Positions 51,926-62,288 of a stretch of 64,000 bases of DNA are shown here, piece by piece. Position 1 is the stretch's first letter; every line of letters starts with the position of its first letter. Location: IMG/VR virus record IMGVR_UViG_3300032323_001214, positions 62,001 to 126,000 of that record; one strand, 5' to 3'. Both the position numbers and the translations under genes were made by a program. The notes beneath the pieces were generated by a model. It searched no databases. It had not been told where the DNA came from and saw nothing but the letters and a program-made list of their open reading frames with translations.

Positions 51926-53208
51926 TACCAATTATACCAGACAAAATTAAAGACTCATTCTGTTCAGCTAAGTGGCTGATGGCTACTATGCACTTTGGTA
52001 TGGGGGAAAACCACAGTTGTTATCATCCACCTATTCATCGTTGGAACTTAGAAGATGTTAAGCGTGATCCTAGTATGCTTCATAACACACAGCACAAGAT
52101 TGAACAGCGTAGACAGATGATGAATGGCGAGAAGCCAAAAGAATGTTACTATTGCTTTGACATGGAGGCAATCAATCCTAATGTTATTAGTGATAGAAAA
52201 CGTTTCACAAACGAATCATACGCTATTGAACGCAGACAAGAATTGATTGATGCACCATATGATAAACATGTGAATCCAAGTTATTTGGAGTTAAGCTTCA
52301 GTAATGTATGTAACTTTGGTTGCAGTTATTGTAGTCCTGGTCAATCTAGTAAATGGGAGAATGAAGTTAGAAAGTATGGTAGCTACCCAGTAGTCGATCC
52401 TACAGTACATGCAGACAAACTGCATGACATGATTCCGGAAGATGATAACCCATACATTGATGCATTTTGGAAGTGGTTACCTGACGCCTATAAAGATTTG
52501 AAGTATCTACGTATTACAGGTGGTGAACCATTGGCTACTCGCAACTTCATGAAACTATTAGACTTTGTAGCACAAAATCATAACCCTAATTTAACACTAG
52601 TTGTCAATACTAACCTATGTGTACCTGACAAAAACTTGAATATGTTCTTTGAGAAAGCAACAACACTACTAAACGCCAAGACTATTAAAGGTCTAGAAGT
52701 GTACACTAGCATGGATACATGGGGCCCTCAAGCAGAATACATACGTGATGGTTTAGATACCGCACGGTGGGAACAAACTGTACGTAAAATAAGTACAACT
52801 TTTAATGTGCCAATTCGTGTTATGGTCACGTTTGGTTTAATGAGCATTTTTAACTTTCAAACATTTGTTGAGAAGATTATACAAATGCGTAATGAGGGCA
52901 TCGATATTATGTTTAATTGTGCCAGACTAGTAGATCCAAAACAATTTGATTTGCGCATTCTTCCGGATAGCGTAGACCAGTATTTTACAAAGACAAACAC
53001 GTTTATTGTTGACAACGGGCAAGTTGTTAATGTCGAACGTGAAACTTGGGCTATGGTCTATGACTTTTGGAAAGCACGTAAAAGTACAATGACTGAGGAA
53101 GATAGAGACTGGCGCAGAGATCAGTTTGCTAAATTTACAGATGAGTATGATAAGCGTAGGGGTAAAAATTTTAAATCTAATTTCCCGGAGTTGTCAACAT
53201 GGATTTAA
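51922..53208 (+). CDS. Radical SAM enzyme with N-terminal twitch-like domain (#5, SCxH subtype)
   Basis: CSAKW...SCYH...CYYC; CNFGCSYC; GGEP. Confidence 0.9.
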   Translation: MIPIIPDKIKDSFCSAKWLMATMHFGMGENHSCYHPPIHRWNLEDVKRDPSMLHNTQHKIEQRRQMMNGEKPKECYYCFDMEAINPNVISDRKRFTNESYAIERRQELIDAPYDKHVNPSYLELSFSNVCNFGCSYCSPGQSSKWENEVRKYGSYPVVDPTVHADKLHDMIPEDDNPYIDAFWKWLPDAYKDLKYLRITGGEPLATRNFMKLLDFVAQNHNPNLTLVVNTNLCVPDKNLNMFFEKATTLLNAKTIKGLEVYTSMDTWGPQAEYIRDGLDTARWEQTVRKISTTFNVPIRVMVTFGLMSIFNFQTFVEKIIQMRNEGIDIMFNCARLVDPKQFDLRILPDSVDQYFTKTNTFIVDNGQVVNVERETWAMVYDFWKARKSTMTEEDRDWRRDQFAKFTDEYDKRRGKNFKSNFPELSTWI

Positions 53209-54362
53209 CACCATATAAAAACTGTTTGGCATTAACAAACAGTATTTTTATTGCCAACGAAGAAAAACCATATCGACCATGTTGTTGGTTTAAAACCTAT
53301 ATTGATGCTACTGATATCACTGATTATAATAATCAACTAGCAGAAATGGATTTGGAATATAATTGTGATTATTGTATTCAACAAGATAAGGGAGGGGGAT
53401 ACAGTTATAGACAAAAATTTATACATGCGGATGAGTTGACAATCACAGCATCGTTTGACAATTTATGTAATTTAAAATGTGTTACCTGTACACCTCACAA
53501 TAGCACACAAATTCTTGCAGAAAAAATAAAGCACGAAACTACATATACTAGTAAATATTTTGCCGAAATTGTCACTAAGCAAGCACCAAAAAAGATAGAT
53601 TTTATTAAAACAATGCTGAATAGTTCGTCATTCAATGACTTACGATTTGATATATTAGGTGGTGAACCATTAATCAATCCTGCTATCTTTGAATTTATTG
53701 ATTGGCTAGCAGAACAACCATATGCTAAAAAAACATCTCTTACTATCACTACAAACGGTACAACATATACAGATAAGATAGTAAAATATATTGACAGTTT
53801 TAAAACTGTTGGAGTGCAATTAAGTATTGATGGTATCGGAGATGAATTTGAATATCTTAGATTTGGTTCTTCTTTTGAAAAACTAGAAAATGTATGCGAT
53901 TCGTTCCATGCACTAACAGATAAGTACACCAACTTTCGTATGGGATGCCATTATACATTGTCCTGGATGAATTGCTTACAATTTGATGAATTTTTTAATT
54001 GGATGCAAACCAGATATCCCAATGTAACAGATATGTATATCAGTAAATTACAGTCACCTAATCAATATTCTATTGAATTACTATCCTTAGCAATGCGGAC
54101 TAAAGTTTATAACGAAGTTATAACTCACTTAAAAAATCCAATGAATGAGGTATATGAAAAGGCCTTGTTCCTGTACAAAGAACACATGTTAACTACTGCG
54201 TATGATAAATTTGATTTAGAACTGTTTAAGCATGGTATTAATACATTATGTGTATCGGATGGTATACGAGGAAATGACCATAGAAAAATTATAAAAAAGT
54301 TTGTTAAGTTCTTGTCATTATACATGCTTCATCCTCATTTGAAGTATATCAATAAAATATAA
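53199..54362 (+). CDS. Radical SAM enzyme with a short N-terminal twitch-like domain (#6, CC subtype)
   Basis: CLAL...PCCW...CDYC; CNLKCVTC; GGEP. Confidence 0.88.
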   Translation: MDLTPYKNCLALTNSIFIANEEKPYRPCCWFKTYIDATDITDYNNQLAEMDLEYNCDYCIQQDKGGGYSYRQKFIHADELTITASFDNLCNLKCVTCTPHNSTQILAEKIKHETTYTSKYFAEIVTKQAPKKIDFIKTMLNSSSFNDLRFDILGGEPLINPAIFEFIDWLAEQPYAKKTSLTITTNGTTYTDKIVKYIDSFKTVGVQLSIDGIGDEFEYLRFGSSFEKLENVCDSFHALTDKYTNFRMGCHYTLSWMNCLQFDEFFNWMQTRYPNVTDMYISKLQSPNQYSIELLSLAMRTKVYNEVITHLKNPMNEVYEKALFLYKEHMLTTAYDKFDLELFKHGINTLCVSDGIRGNDHRKIIKKFVKFLSLYMLHPHLKYINKI

Positions 54363-54370
54363 AGGTTGTT

Positions 54371-55687
54371 ATGTTGGATAGAAAAATAGAAGATTTACCA
54401 AAAAATTTTTGTAGTGTTGCTTGGTTGCAAATACATACTGAACCTGATGGCAAAGTATTCCCCTGTTGTTATTACAGTCATAAACGTGAACATGATTTAG
54501 GTAATTGGAATCAAGAAAAGATTGGTGATATCTTTCATAATGACAAGTGGAATAATCTTAGAAAAGAGTTTCTAGATGGTAAACGTCCAGATGCATGTGC
54601 TAGATGCTGGAAAGAAGAAGATGCTGGTATTGTTAGTATGCGTAATCGTTTTAATGAACGATATGCCAATTTTCCCGACTACACAAATCAAAATAGCTAT
54701 AATAAATTCAAAGACATTATTAGTTTAAGCAATGAAGATGGCTCAGTTGATGAGGATATAAAATTAGCCACAGTTGATTTGATATTCAACAACTTATGCA
54801 ATATGAAATGTAGGACATGCGGATCAGGACTAAGTACAGCATGGATACCGGATCAAATCAAATTAGGTAGATCAAACAAACCAATATCATTATTGACTAA
54901 TGAAACTATTACTCACATGAAAGATGATTTGGTTGCACTTGTAAACATGGTAGATCCATACACCGAGATACACTTTAGTGGTGGTGAACCCATGATGCAA
55001 GAAGATCATTATTTGTTCCTGCAATTATTATTAGATATGGGTAAGACTAAAGTTAAAATTCGGTACAATACAAATCTAACAACGTACACATTGAAAGATT
55101 ACCATGCATTTGAAATGTTAAGGCATTTTGATTGTGTGTTTATTGTAGGAAGTATTGATGCAATGGGTGCGCAAGGTGAATATATCCGTAAAGGTTTTAA
55201 CTGGGAACATGCGCTTGAGTGGATAAAAACTTGTAAAGAATACTTACCCAATGCTGATTACGGAATCAGTGCTGTATTTGAATTACTGAATGCTTCCGCT
55301 TCAGTTGACTTACATCGTTACATGTGCGAAAATGATTTATTCAAACGTAGTAATGGTTCAAACTTTGGGTTTTATTTAAACACATTGCATGAGCCCGGTT
55401 GGTTAAAAACGACATTGTTGCCACCTGAGGTTAAATTAGAAGTTACTGAAAAAATTAATAAACATATAGCCTGGTTATCAGAAACACAAGAGCATGATAT
55501 GCACTATGATGTATATGTGGATCACTGGAAAAATGCAATCACACTAATGAACGGTGCAGACCATTCTAATTTCATACCTAATTTTTATTATGAAACTAGA
55601 CTATTAGATAAGATTCGTGATGAAAAGTTTGAAGAAGTGTTCCCTGAACTACATGAAAAGATGAAGAAATATGACAAACAAATTTAA
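54371..55687 (+). CDS. Radical SAM enzyme with N-terminal twitch-like domain (#7, CC subtype)
   Basis: CSVAW...DGKVFPCC...CARCW; CNMKCRTC; GGEP. Confidence 0.9.
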   Translation: MLDRKIEDLPKNFCSVAWLQIHTEPDGKVFPCCYYSHKREHDLGNWNQEKIGDIFHNDKWNNLRKEFLDGKRPDACARCWKEEDAGIVSMRNRFNERYANFPDYTNQNSYNKFKDIISLSNEDGSVDEDIKLATVDLIFNNLCNMKCRTCGSGLSTAWIPDQIKLGRSNKPISLLTNETITHMKDDLVALVNMVDPYTEIHFSGGEPMMQEDHYLFLQLLLDMGKTKVKIRYNTNLTTYTLKDYHAFEMLRHFDCVFIVGSIDAMGAQGEYIRKGFNWEHALEWIKTCKEYLPNADYGISAVFELLNASASVDLHRYMCENDLFKRSNGSNFGFYLNTLHEPGWLKTTLLPPEVKLEVTEKINKHIAWLSETQEHDMHYDVYVDHWKNAITLMNGADHSNFIPNFYYETRLLDKIRDEKFEEVFPELHEKMKKYDKQI

Positions 55688-56984
55688 TCCAGTCGAAATG
55701 GCTAAAAATAGTAAAACATTTTGCATCTTCCCATGGATACAACAATATGTAGGTCCGCCCGGTGACGTGAAACCGTGCTGTGTTTACGACAATCAAGCTG
55801 AGATTGGTAATTTAAAAGAAAATACGTTATCTGAAATTTGGAATAACGATAAGACTAAGCAAATGCGTTTGAATTTTCTTAACGGGGTTGAAGAACCCAG
55901 TTGTAGTATATGCAATCGCCGTGCAGCATTGGGTCATGCCCACAAGAATCAATATAATAAAATGTTCTTTGATCAGGATGAAGAAATTCAGAATATTGTC
56001 GCAAACACAAATCCAGACGGATCATTAGATGACCATAAGTTATATTACATTGACGTTAGGTTTAACAATCTATGTAATCTAAGTTGTCGTAGTTGTGCCC
56101 CTCACTTTAGTACTGGTTGGGTATTGGATCATAGAAAGCTGTATAACACAAAGCGTAAAAGAGATAAAGATGATGGATTTCAGTTTCCAGGTAAAACTGA
56201 AGGTCAAGCATTAGAAGAAATAATCCCACATCTAGCAACAGCAAAAATGATTTACTTTGCAGGTGGAGAACCATTAATTCAAAAAGAACATTACGAGGTT
56301 CTCGAAAAACTTATTGAATTTGGAAATACTGATTTAGAAATTCGCTATAACACAAACTTCAGCAATTTTAAACTGAAGAAATATGACAATATATTAGAGT
56401 ACTGGAAGAAGTTTAGCAACGTTCACGTATATGCTAGCTTGGATGGTAGTCATGAAAAGGGTGAATACTGGCGCAACGGTCTAGATTGGAAACAAGTCAT
56501 AGAGAATCGTAAACAAATGATGGAAGAATGTCCCCATGTTCATTTTATGATATCATATACACTAAGTTGGCCTAATGCACTAAACCTTGTAGAGTTTCAT
56601 AAAGAATGGGCAGAACTAGGATATTTAAAGCCAGAGAATATGTTAGTTAACCCATTAGATACACCACCTTACTATTGTTTAAAAAATATTCCAGATTGGA
56701 AGAAGCGTGAAATTGAAGAAGCGTTGCAAAAGAACATAAACTGGTTAAGATCAATTAACCCTGAATTTGCCATCATAACTCAGTACGAAACTGTAATTAA
56801 ATTTATGTGGGACAAAACTGGACAATACCATTCAGGTATAGATGAAAGCTTGAAAGAATTTAATAAGATTACTACTAAACTAGATGACATTCGTGATCAA
56901 AGTTTCTTTGATGTTTATCCCGAACACATGAATATCAAAAATTATTTAATTCATAACAATTTAAATATGGAGTTTAAGTACTGA
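55671..56984 (+). CDS. Radical SAM enzyme with N-terminal twitch-like domain (#8, CC subtype)
   Basis: CIFPW...GDVKPCC...CSIC; CNLSCRSC; GGEP. Confidence 0.9.
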   Translation: MTNKFNPVEMAKNSKTFCIFPWIQQYVGPPGDVKPCCVYDNQAEIGNLKENTLSEIWNNDKTKQMRLNFLNGVEEPSCSICNRRAALGHAHKNQYNKMFFDQDEEIQNIVANTNPDGSLDDHKLYYIDVRFNNLCNLSCRSCAPHFSTGWVLDHRKLYNTKRKRDKDDGFQFPGKTEGQALEEIIPHLATAKMIYFAGGEPLIQKEHYEVLEKLIEFGNTDLEIRYNTNFSNFKLKKYDNILEYWKKFSNVHVYASLDGSHEKGEYWRNGLDWKQVIENRKQMMEECPHVHFMISYTLSWPNALNLVEFHKEWAELGYLKPENMLVNPLDTPPYYCLKNIPDWKKREIEEALQKNINWLRSINPEFAIITQYETVIKFMWDKTGQYHSGIDESLKEFNKITTKLDDIRDQSFFDVYPEHMNIKNYLIHNNLNMEFKY

Positions 56985-58237
56985 TGGACGAAAAGAAATT
57001 ATTTAAGATACGAGATGAAACAAGCAAAACTTTTTGTCTAGCAAAATTTCACGAAGCAAGTATCTGGGTGTACTCGGGTAAGATTGCTAGTTGCCACTAT
57101 ACCCCTTTCATTCAAGTAGGTAACACAGTAGATACATTTTATAACCCTGCAGAGAAGCGTGAACAACAAAAGCGTATGCTTGCAGGAGAACAACCGCCTG
57201 CATGTGATAGTTGCTGGCGCTATGAAAATCTAGGATTGCAAAGTGATAGGACACGTAAGAGTTTAAGTTTCACTGACCATTTAAACAAAGAAGATTATAA
57301 GAATCCTAACTATGTATTCAAGCCCAAAGCATTAGAACTAGCATTCCAGAATACATGTAACTTAGCTTGTAGCTATTGTAGCCCTCAATTTAGTACAAGC
57401 TGGATGAACGATATCAGAGTGAATGGTGTTTATCAAAGTATCATCACTGATGACCGCAGACACTATCAAAAAGATATCAACGAAATTAATGAGATGATTG
57501 ACCCTCCTGACATGACATTGTTCTGGGAGTGGTTCGAAAGTGTTGCTACTAGTTTAGAATCTATCCGGGTTTCAGGCGGAGAGCCATTAATGCATGAGGA
57601 AGTTTTTCGTGTGTTTGAAATGATGACAGAGATAAACCCAAACATTGAATGCGTTATACACAGCAACCTCTGTCAGAAGCCGGTAATCATGGATAGATTC
57701 TTTGATAAGATTAGTGGATTGTCTAATCTACGTATGAATATTAGTAATGAATCTGCAGGTGAGACTGCTGAATTTGTGCGTGAGGGTATGATATATTCTG
57801 AATGGTTAGAGAATATTGAACGATTAGCAAACAGTACAGTCAAAGAGTTTAGCATAAGCACAACTGTGAGTGCAATTGCACTGCAATCACTTGACCAAAT
57901 GTATTTGGACATTATTGATATACGCAATCGTTCTAAAGTAAAACCTTATATCTCTATCAATATGGTAGATAAACCAGATTTTCAAGGCTTTGCTTGCTTA
58001 ACACGTGCAGAGCGTGACTTCTATATCAATAAATATACTAAGTTTTACGATTCAATTAAAGATGAATTGTTATCGGTAGAGCATGAGCATTGCAATAGAT
58101 TATTAAAATTTTTAGATGAAGGTTTTATAAAAGAAACACAACCTGCCCTTCGTAAAGATAGTGACATGTTCTTTGAACAATACACTAAGCGTAGAAATAA
58201 ACCAGACAATTTAGCAAAATATATAGGATTAAAATAA
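56984..58237 (+). CDS. Radical SAM enzyme with N-terminal twitch-like domain (#9, SCH subtype)
   Basis: CLAKF...SCHY...CDSCW; CNLACSYC; GGEP. Confidence 0.9.
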   Translation: MDEKKLFKIRDETSKTFCLAKFHEASIWVYSGKIASCHYTPFIQVGNTVDTFYNPAEKREQQKRMLAGEQPPACDSCWRYENLGLQSDRTRKSLSFTDHLNKEDYKNPNYVFKPKALELAFQNTCNLACSYCSPQFSTSWMNDIRVNGVYQSIITDDRRHYQKDINEINEMIDPPDMTLFWEWFESVATSLESIRVSGGEPLMHEEVFRVFEMMTEINPNIECVIHSNLCQKPVIMDRFFDKISGLSNLRMNISNESAGETAEFVREGMIYSEWLENIERLANSTVKEFSISTTVSAIALQSLDQMYLDIIDIRNRSKVKPYISINMVDKPDFQGFACLTRAERDFYINKYTKFYDSIKDELLSVEHEHCNRLLKFLDEGFIKETQPALRKDSDMFFEQYTKRRNKPDNLAKYIGLK

Positions 58238-59412
58238 TGGAAGAACAAATGTATGATATAGATTGTGTAAAAAGATTACACATTGAGTTATCAAGTAGAT
58301 GCAATGCTAGCTGTCCTGCATGTAGTAGAAACCACAGTGGCGGTCCAGTAGCAGAAGATTTGGAATTAACTGAATTATCAATTGGTGATATCAAACGTAT
58401 GGTTCCTGTAGAGATTGCAAGAAATATAAAAAGTATAAATTTTTGTGGTAATGTAGGCGATCCGGGTATGGCACCTGATCTACTAGAAATTATACAATAT
58501 TTCAGAGAACATTCACCTAAGGTTGTACAACAAATAAGAACAAACGGCGGGATGCGTAATCCAGAGTTCTGGACTAAATTAGGTAATTTCTTTGCAAGTC
58601 AAGCAGATCCTAAAAATAAGTTTTTGTTTAATCTAGCAGGAGTGGTATTCAGTGTCGACGGGTTAGAAGATACTAATCACATTTATCGTAGGGGCGTCAA
58701 GTGGGATAAACTGATAGCTAACATGAGAGCATACAGTGCCACAGGTGCATACGCTATATGGGAATGGTTAGTGTTTGAACATAACCAACATCAAATTGAA
58801 GAAGCTAAAGCACTTGCAAAAGAATTAAATTTTCAATTTGTTGTAAAAAATCCATTAGGTTTTGGTGAATATGATGGTAAAGCTAAAGGTTTATCAGTAT
58901 ATAACAAAGAGGGCGAATATGAATATTCTATTTGGCCTGCTAACCACACGGGCCCTAAATTAGGACCTAATTTTGGTCAGAAAGTAGATTTTACTAAGAT
59001 GGTTAAAACTATACCTATCATAAATGAGTTTAGTAAAGAATTAGAAAAAACATCTACAATAAAGTGTAAATCTATTGAGCGCCAAGAGTCACAAGAAGTG
59101 TACATTTCTGCTACAGGATATATGTTACCTTGTTGTTTTTTAGGAGGCGTGTTCGGTCAATTTAATTCTTCATACTCTAGATATCAATTTAACACAATGA
59201 TTAACGATTATGGATTGGATGTATTTAATTTAAATAAACGTTCGATGCTAGAGATAATTAAGGGTCCTGAATTTTCAAAATTCTTTTTAAATGGATGGAA
59301 AGCAGATACTATTGAAAATGGTAAATTATTATTTTGTTTGGAAACATGCGGGAATAAATCTGCTATGGATAATTTATATACTACTAAAACAATTACAAAG
59401 GAAGCACAATAA
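58237..59412 (+). CDS. Radical SAM enzyme with C-terminal twitch/SPASM-like domain (#10)
   Basis: N-terminal CNASCPAC, FCGNVGDP, SVDG; C-terminal C...GYMLPCCF...CLETC. Confidence 0.88.
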   Translation: MEEQMYDIDCVKRLHIELSSRCNASCPACSRNHSGGPVAEDLELTELSIGDIKRMVPVEIARNIKSINFCGNVGDPGMAPDLLEIIQYFREHSPKVVQQIRTNGGMRNPEFWTKLGNFFASQADPKNKFLFNLAGVVFSVDGLEDTNHIYRRGVKWDKLIANMRAYSATGAYAIWEWLVFEHNQHQIEEAKALAKELNFQFVVKNPLGFGEYDGKAKGLSVYNKEGEYEYSIWPANHTGPKLGPNFGQKVDFTKMVKTIPIINEFSKELEKTSTIKCKSIERQESQEVYISATGYMLPCCFLGGVFGQFNSSYSRYQFNTMINDYGLDVFNLNKRSMLEIIKGPEFSKFFLNGWKADTIENGKLLFCLETCGNKSAMDNLYTTKTITKEAQ

Positions 59413-60143
59413 TGAGAATAGGTGTATTTGGTGATAGTTTTGCGGATAGAACCGCCTACAATCCAGAGAGTAATATCACAGAAGATGAATCTTGGATTGC
59501 TGACATGGAGAATGCCGGTCATAAAATAACTACATATGGTAAAACTGGATCTTCTACTTGGTATTCCTTTCAACAATTTTTAGCTCACCATGAACAGTTT
59601 GACCATATTGTATTTTGCTACTCATCGTTGCATAGAATACATCACTTGCCAGAAGGTCTTGAAGATTTGAGTTTCTTAACAACACCGGATGAGTTGTATG
59701 CATTAAGAAGAAATAAAAATTTATCTAAACAACAAGAATTAGAAATGGTTAGAATATTAACTGGACATATCCCCAATATATCATCGCCGTTCGATGTTTG
59801 GGTAAAACAAAAAATATTTGATGATGTAAACTTATTGTGTTATAGTAATAATATCAAACTTGTAAATCTACTTACGTTCGATGATAGAAAAGATAAAAAT
59901 CTCAACATGTCCTTAGAATCAAGACACGGGGACTGTTTGTATAATTTGTTCAATGTAAGTAAGAAGGAATTACCATCGATGGGTGAAGTAGATAACAGAT
60001 GGTGTCATTTATCTAAAGAAAACAACACGATACTGTCCGGTATTATATTTGATTCACTAGTTAGTAACGATAAAAATATTATTGATTTGTATAAACACAA
60101 TGGATTTATATATAGTAAAGAAATTACTGCGAGATATGAATGA
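59412..60143 (+). CDS. SGNH/GDSL-like hydrolase or acyltransferase
   Basis: GVFGDSF block I, GSS block II, C-terminal DNRWCHLS. Confidence 0.6.
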   Translation: MRIGVFGDSFADRTAYNPESNITEDESWIADMENAGHKITTYGKTGSSTWYSFQQFLAHHEQFDHIVFCYSSLHRIHHLPEGLEDLSFLTTPDELYALRRNKNLSKQQELEMVRILTGHIPNISSPFDVWVKQKIFDDVNLLCYSNNIKLVNLLTFDDRKDKNLNMSLESRHGDCLYNLFNVSKKELPSMGEVDNRWCHLSKENNTILSGIIFDSLVSNDKNIIDLYKHNGFIYSKEITARYE

Positions 60144-60889
60144 GCACAATTGGTAGAATAGTAATATTGGGAGATAGTTACACATTTGGTCATGGATGTT
60201 CAGATAGAGAATATTACTATGATCAAAAATTGCAAAGCTTTGTAGGTGATTATAAACCATTTGAAAACAGAATTCCTAGTAAGTTTTGCTGGGCAACATT
60301 ATTACAACAACAATATCCAAACATTGAAGTAGTTAATCTATCGGTACCCGGACATACTAGTCAGGGTATGTTTAGAGACTTGACAAACTATTACTATGAC
60401 AATGAATATTCACCTAATGATATGATAATGTTTAATGGAACATTCTCTAACAGAATCGAAATAGCATTGGGAGATAGTCCAGAAGTTACTGTCCCGTGGG
60501 TTATGGGATGGGATAAGCAATCATATGATGAAGGTAAAATGCAATATAATATTGCTAAAAAAATGTATATAACACATTTGTTCAATGATGATATAGGTTA
60601 TAATCTCTCAATTACCGGACTAATGGCAGCGTATGCATTTGCTCATTCACGCAACTTAAAATTCTTATGGAGTTTACCTACATATGACTATTCAGCTAAA
60701 GTATTACACAATATATTACCGTCGATGAAAAGCACTAATATTTCTGAGATAGTTAATTATGATTATTCAGGGAAACTGGATTTAAAATTTAATGAAACGT
60801 GTGTTGCATCTGATTTTCATATTAATGACAAGGGTCATGCTATATATTTTGAAAGAGAAATATTACCTGCGATACAACGCCTTCTATAA
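60140..60889 (+). CDS. SGNH/GDSL-like hydrolase or acyltransferase
   Basis: ILGDSYTFGHG, NLSVPG, SDFHINDKGH. Confidence 0.7.
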   Translation: MSTIGRIVILGDSYTFGHGCSDREYYYDQKLQSFVGDYKPFENRIPSKFCWATLLQQQYPNIEVVNLSVPGHTSQGMFRDLTNYYYDNEYSPNDMIMFNGTFSNRIEIALGDSPEVTVPWVMGWDKQSYDEGKMQYNIAKKMYITHLFNDDIGYNLSITGLMAAYAFAHSRNLKFLWSLPTYDYSAKVLHNILPSMKSTNISEIVNYDYSGKLDLKFNETCVASDFHINDKGHAIYFEREILPAIQRLL

Positions 60890-60892
60890 ATA
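60885..60892 (+). promoter_or_regulatory. Possible internal late promoter
   Basis: Exact TATAAATA ending 5 nt before the ATG at 60898. Confidence 0.45.
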
Positions 60893-60897
60893 GCTTA

Positions 60898-62184
60898 ATG
60901 CAAAAAACTTTCCCTATACAAAATGACGCCGCCTGTTTATATAAATGGGCATGGAGCACAGTCTTCTTAAGCAGAGGAACTACTGCAAGTTGTCATCGTG
61001 GTTATCATTGGCGATTAAATGAAGATAACTTCATGGATTTTCACAATCATCCAGGTAAATTAAGTGACCGAGAGAAAATGGCTAACGGTGACTGGCCTAG
61101 TAATGGATGTGAGTACTGCCGCGATGTAGAAAAAGCCGGCGGGGTAAGTGATAGGGTAGGATTTGTCAATAATTCAATTGAATTACTTCCTCCTGAGATG
61201 AAAGATTTACAAGTTCGTGCATATGAGTATGACAACATTCCATTGAGTGTGAGTCCTACACTACTTGAAGTTTACTTCAATAACGTATGCAACCAATCAT
61301 GTGTTTATTGTACTCCGGGTTTTAGTAGTCAAATTGAACAAGAAGTTCGTAAGTATGGACCAATAGATTTTAACAAAGATTACAGTAACTGGCGCCCTGA
61401 TACAAAATATGAATTATATAAAGAGAAGTTTTGGGAGTGGATGGAAAAGCATTCTCATTCATTACAGATTCTTCAAGTATTAGGAGGTGAACCACTATAT
61501 CAAAAAGAGTTTGAACAATGTTTAGACTTCTTTGATAAAAATCCTAGACCTAATCTAATATATAGAACGTTTAGTAACTTAAAGCATGACCCTGCAAAGT
61601 TCAAGGAAAAGATACAACGTGTGCAAAATTTGATTGACCAGGGAAAATTAAAACAAATGGAATTTGTTTGTAGTATCGATTGCTGGGGACCTGAGATTGA
61701 ATATGTGCGTGATGGTTTGATATTAGAAGATTGGGAAAACAATATTGATACGTTAGTAGATACCCCCGGAGTGTCTATTAATATTCATGCTACTCTCACT
61801 GCATTGACACTACCTACTTTGTATCAATTGATTGAGAAAACTGTATCATGGCAACGTCCTGATAAGTATGTGGGTATAAATTGGAATACAGTAGTAAGTC
61901 CTACTCCGTTTAATCCATACCATTTTGGTGAGCATTTGTCCCCTTTTATTGATACAGCCATAGAAACATTACAAAAGTTTCCTGACTTTACGGAATCTAG
62001 TAATTTACAAAAACATCTGCACGGTATTAAACAGCAGTTGATAAGTACTCCTGTTAATAAAGCAGAAGTTGCTAATTTAGTAGGTTTTTTAGATGAAATA
62101 GATAGACGTAGAAATCGAAATTGGAGGAAGGTATTTCCACAAATCGAACAAATAGTAAATACTATTAACACAGGAGAATTATAA
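60898..62184 (+). CDS. Radical SAM enzyme with N-terminal twitch-like domain (#11, SCH subtype)
   Basis: CLYKW...SCHR...CEYC; CNQSCVYC; GGEP. Confidence 0.9.
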   Translation: MQKTFPIQNDAACLYKWAWSTVFLSRGTTASCHRGYHWRLNEDNFMDFHNHPGKLSDREKMANGDWPSNGCEYCRDVEKAGGVSDRVGFVNNSIELLPPEMKDLQVRAYEYDNIPLSVSPTLLEVYFNNVCNQSCVYCTPGFSSQIEQEVRKYGPIDFNKDYSNWRPDTKYELYKEKFWEWMEKHSHSLQILQVLGGEPLYQKEFEQCLDFFDKNPRPNLIYRTFSNLKHDPAKFKEKIQRVQNLIDQGKLKQMEFVCSIDCWGPEIEYVRDGLILEDWENNIDTLVDTPGVSINIHATLTALTLPTLYQLIEKTVSWQRPDKYVGINWNTVVSPTPFNPYHFGEHLSPFIDTAIETLQKFPDFTESSNLQKHLHGIKQQLISTPVNKAEVANLVGFLDEIDRRRNRNWRKVFPQIEQIVNTINTGEL

Positions 62185-62288
62185 TGTTTAAATGGATTAA
62201 AAATTTATACCACACTATTAAAGCAGAGATACGTTATAGAAAACGTATCAAAGAACTACGTAAACGTGACCCCTTCATTTATAAATGA
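62184..62288 (+). CDS. Small basic peptide, 34 aa (not in ORF track)
   Basis: MFKWIKNLYHTIKAEIRYRKRIKELRKRDPFIYK; AGGAG RBS at 62172-62176; TAATG and ATGA overlaps with both neighbours. Confidence 0.75.
   Translation: MFKWIKNLYHTIKAEIRYRKRIKELRKRDPFIYK

Noticed and set aside
46255-62184. Annotation as MoaA, PqqE, anaerobic sulfatase maturase or QueE
   Set aside because: The domain order (N-terminal auxiliary cluster) and the absence of partner pathway genes in the window do not fit.
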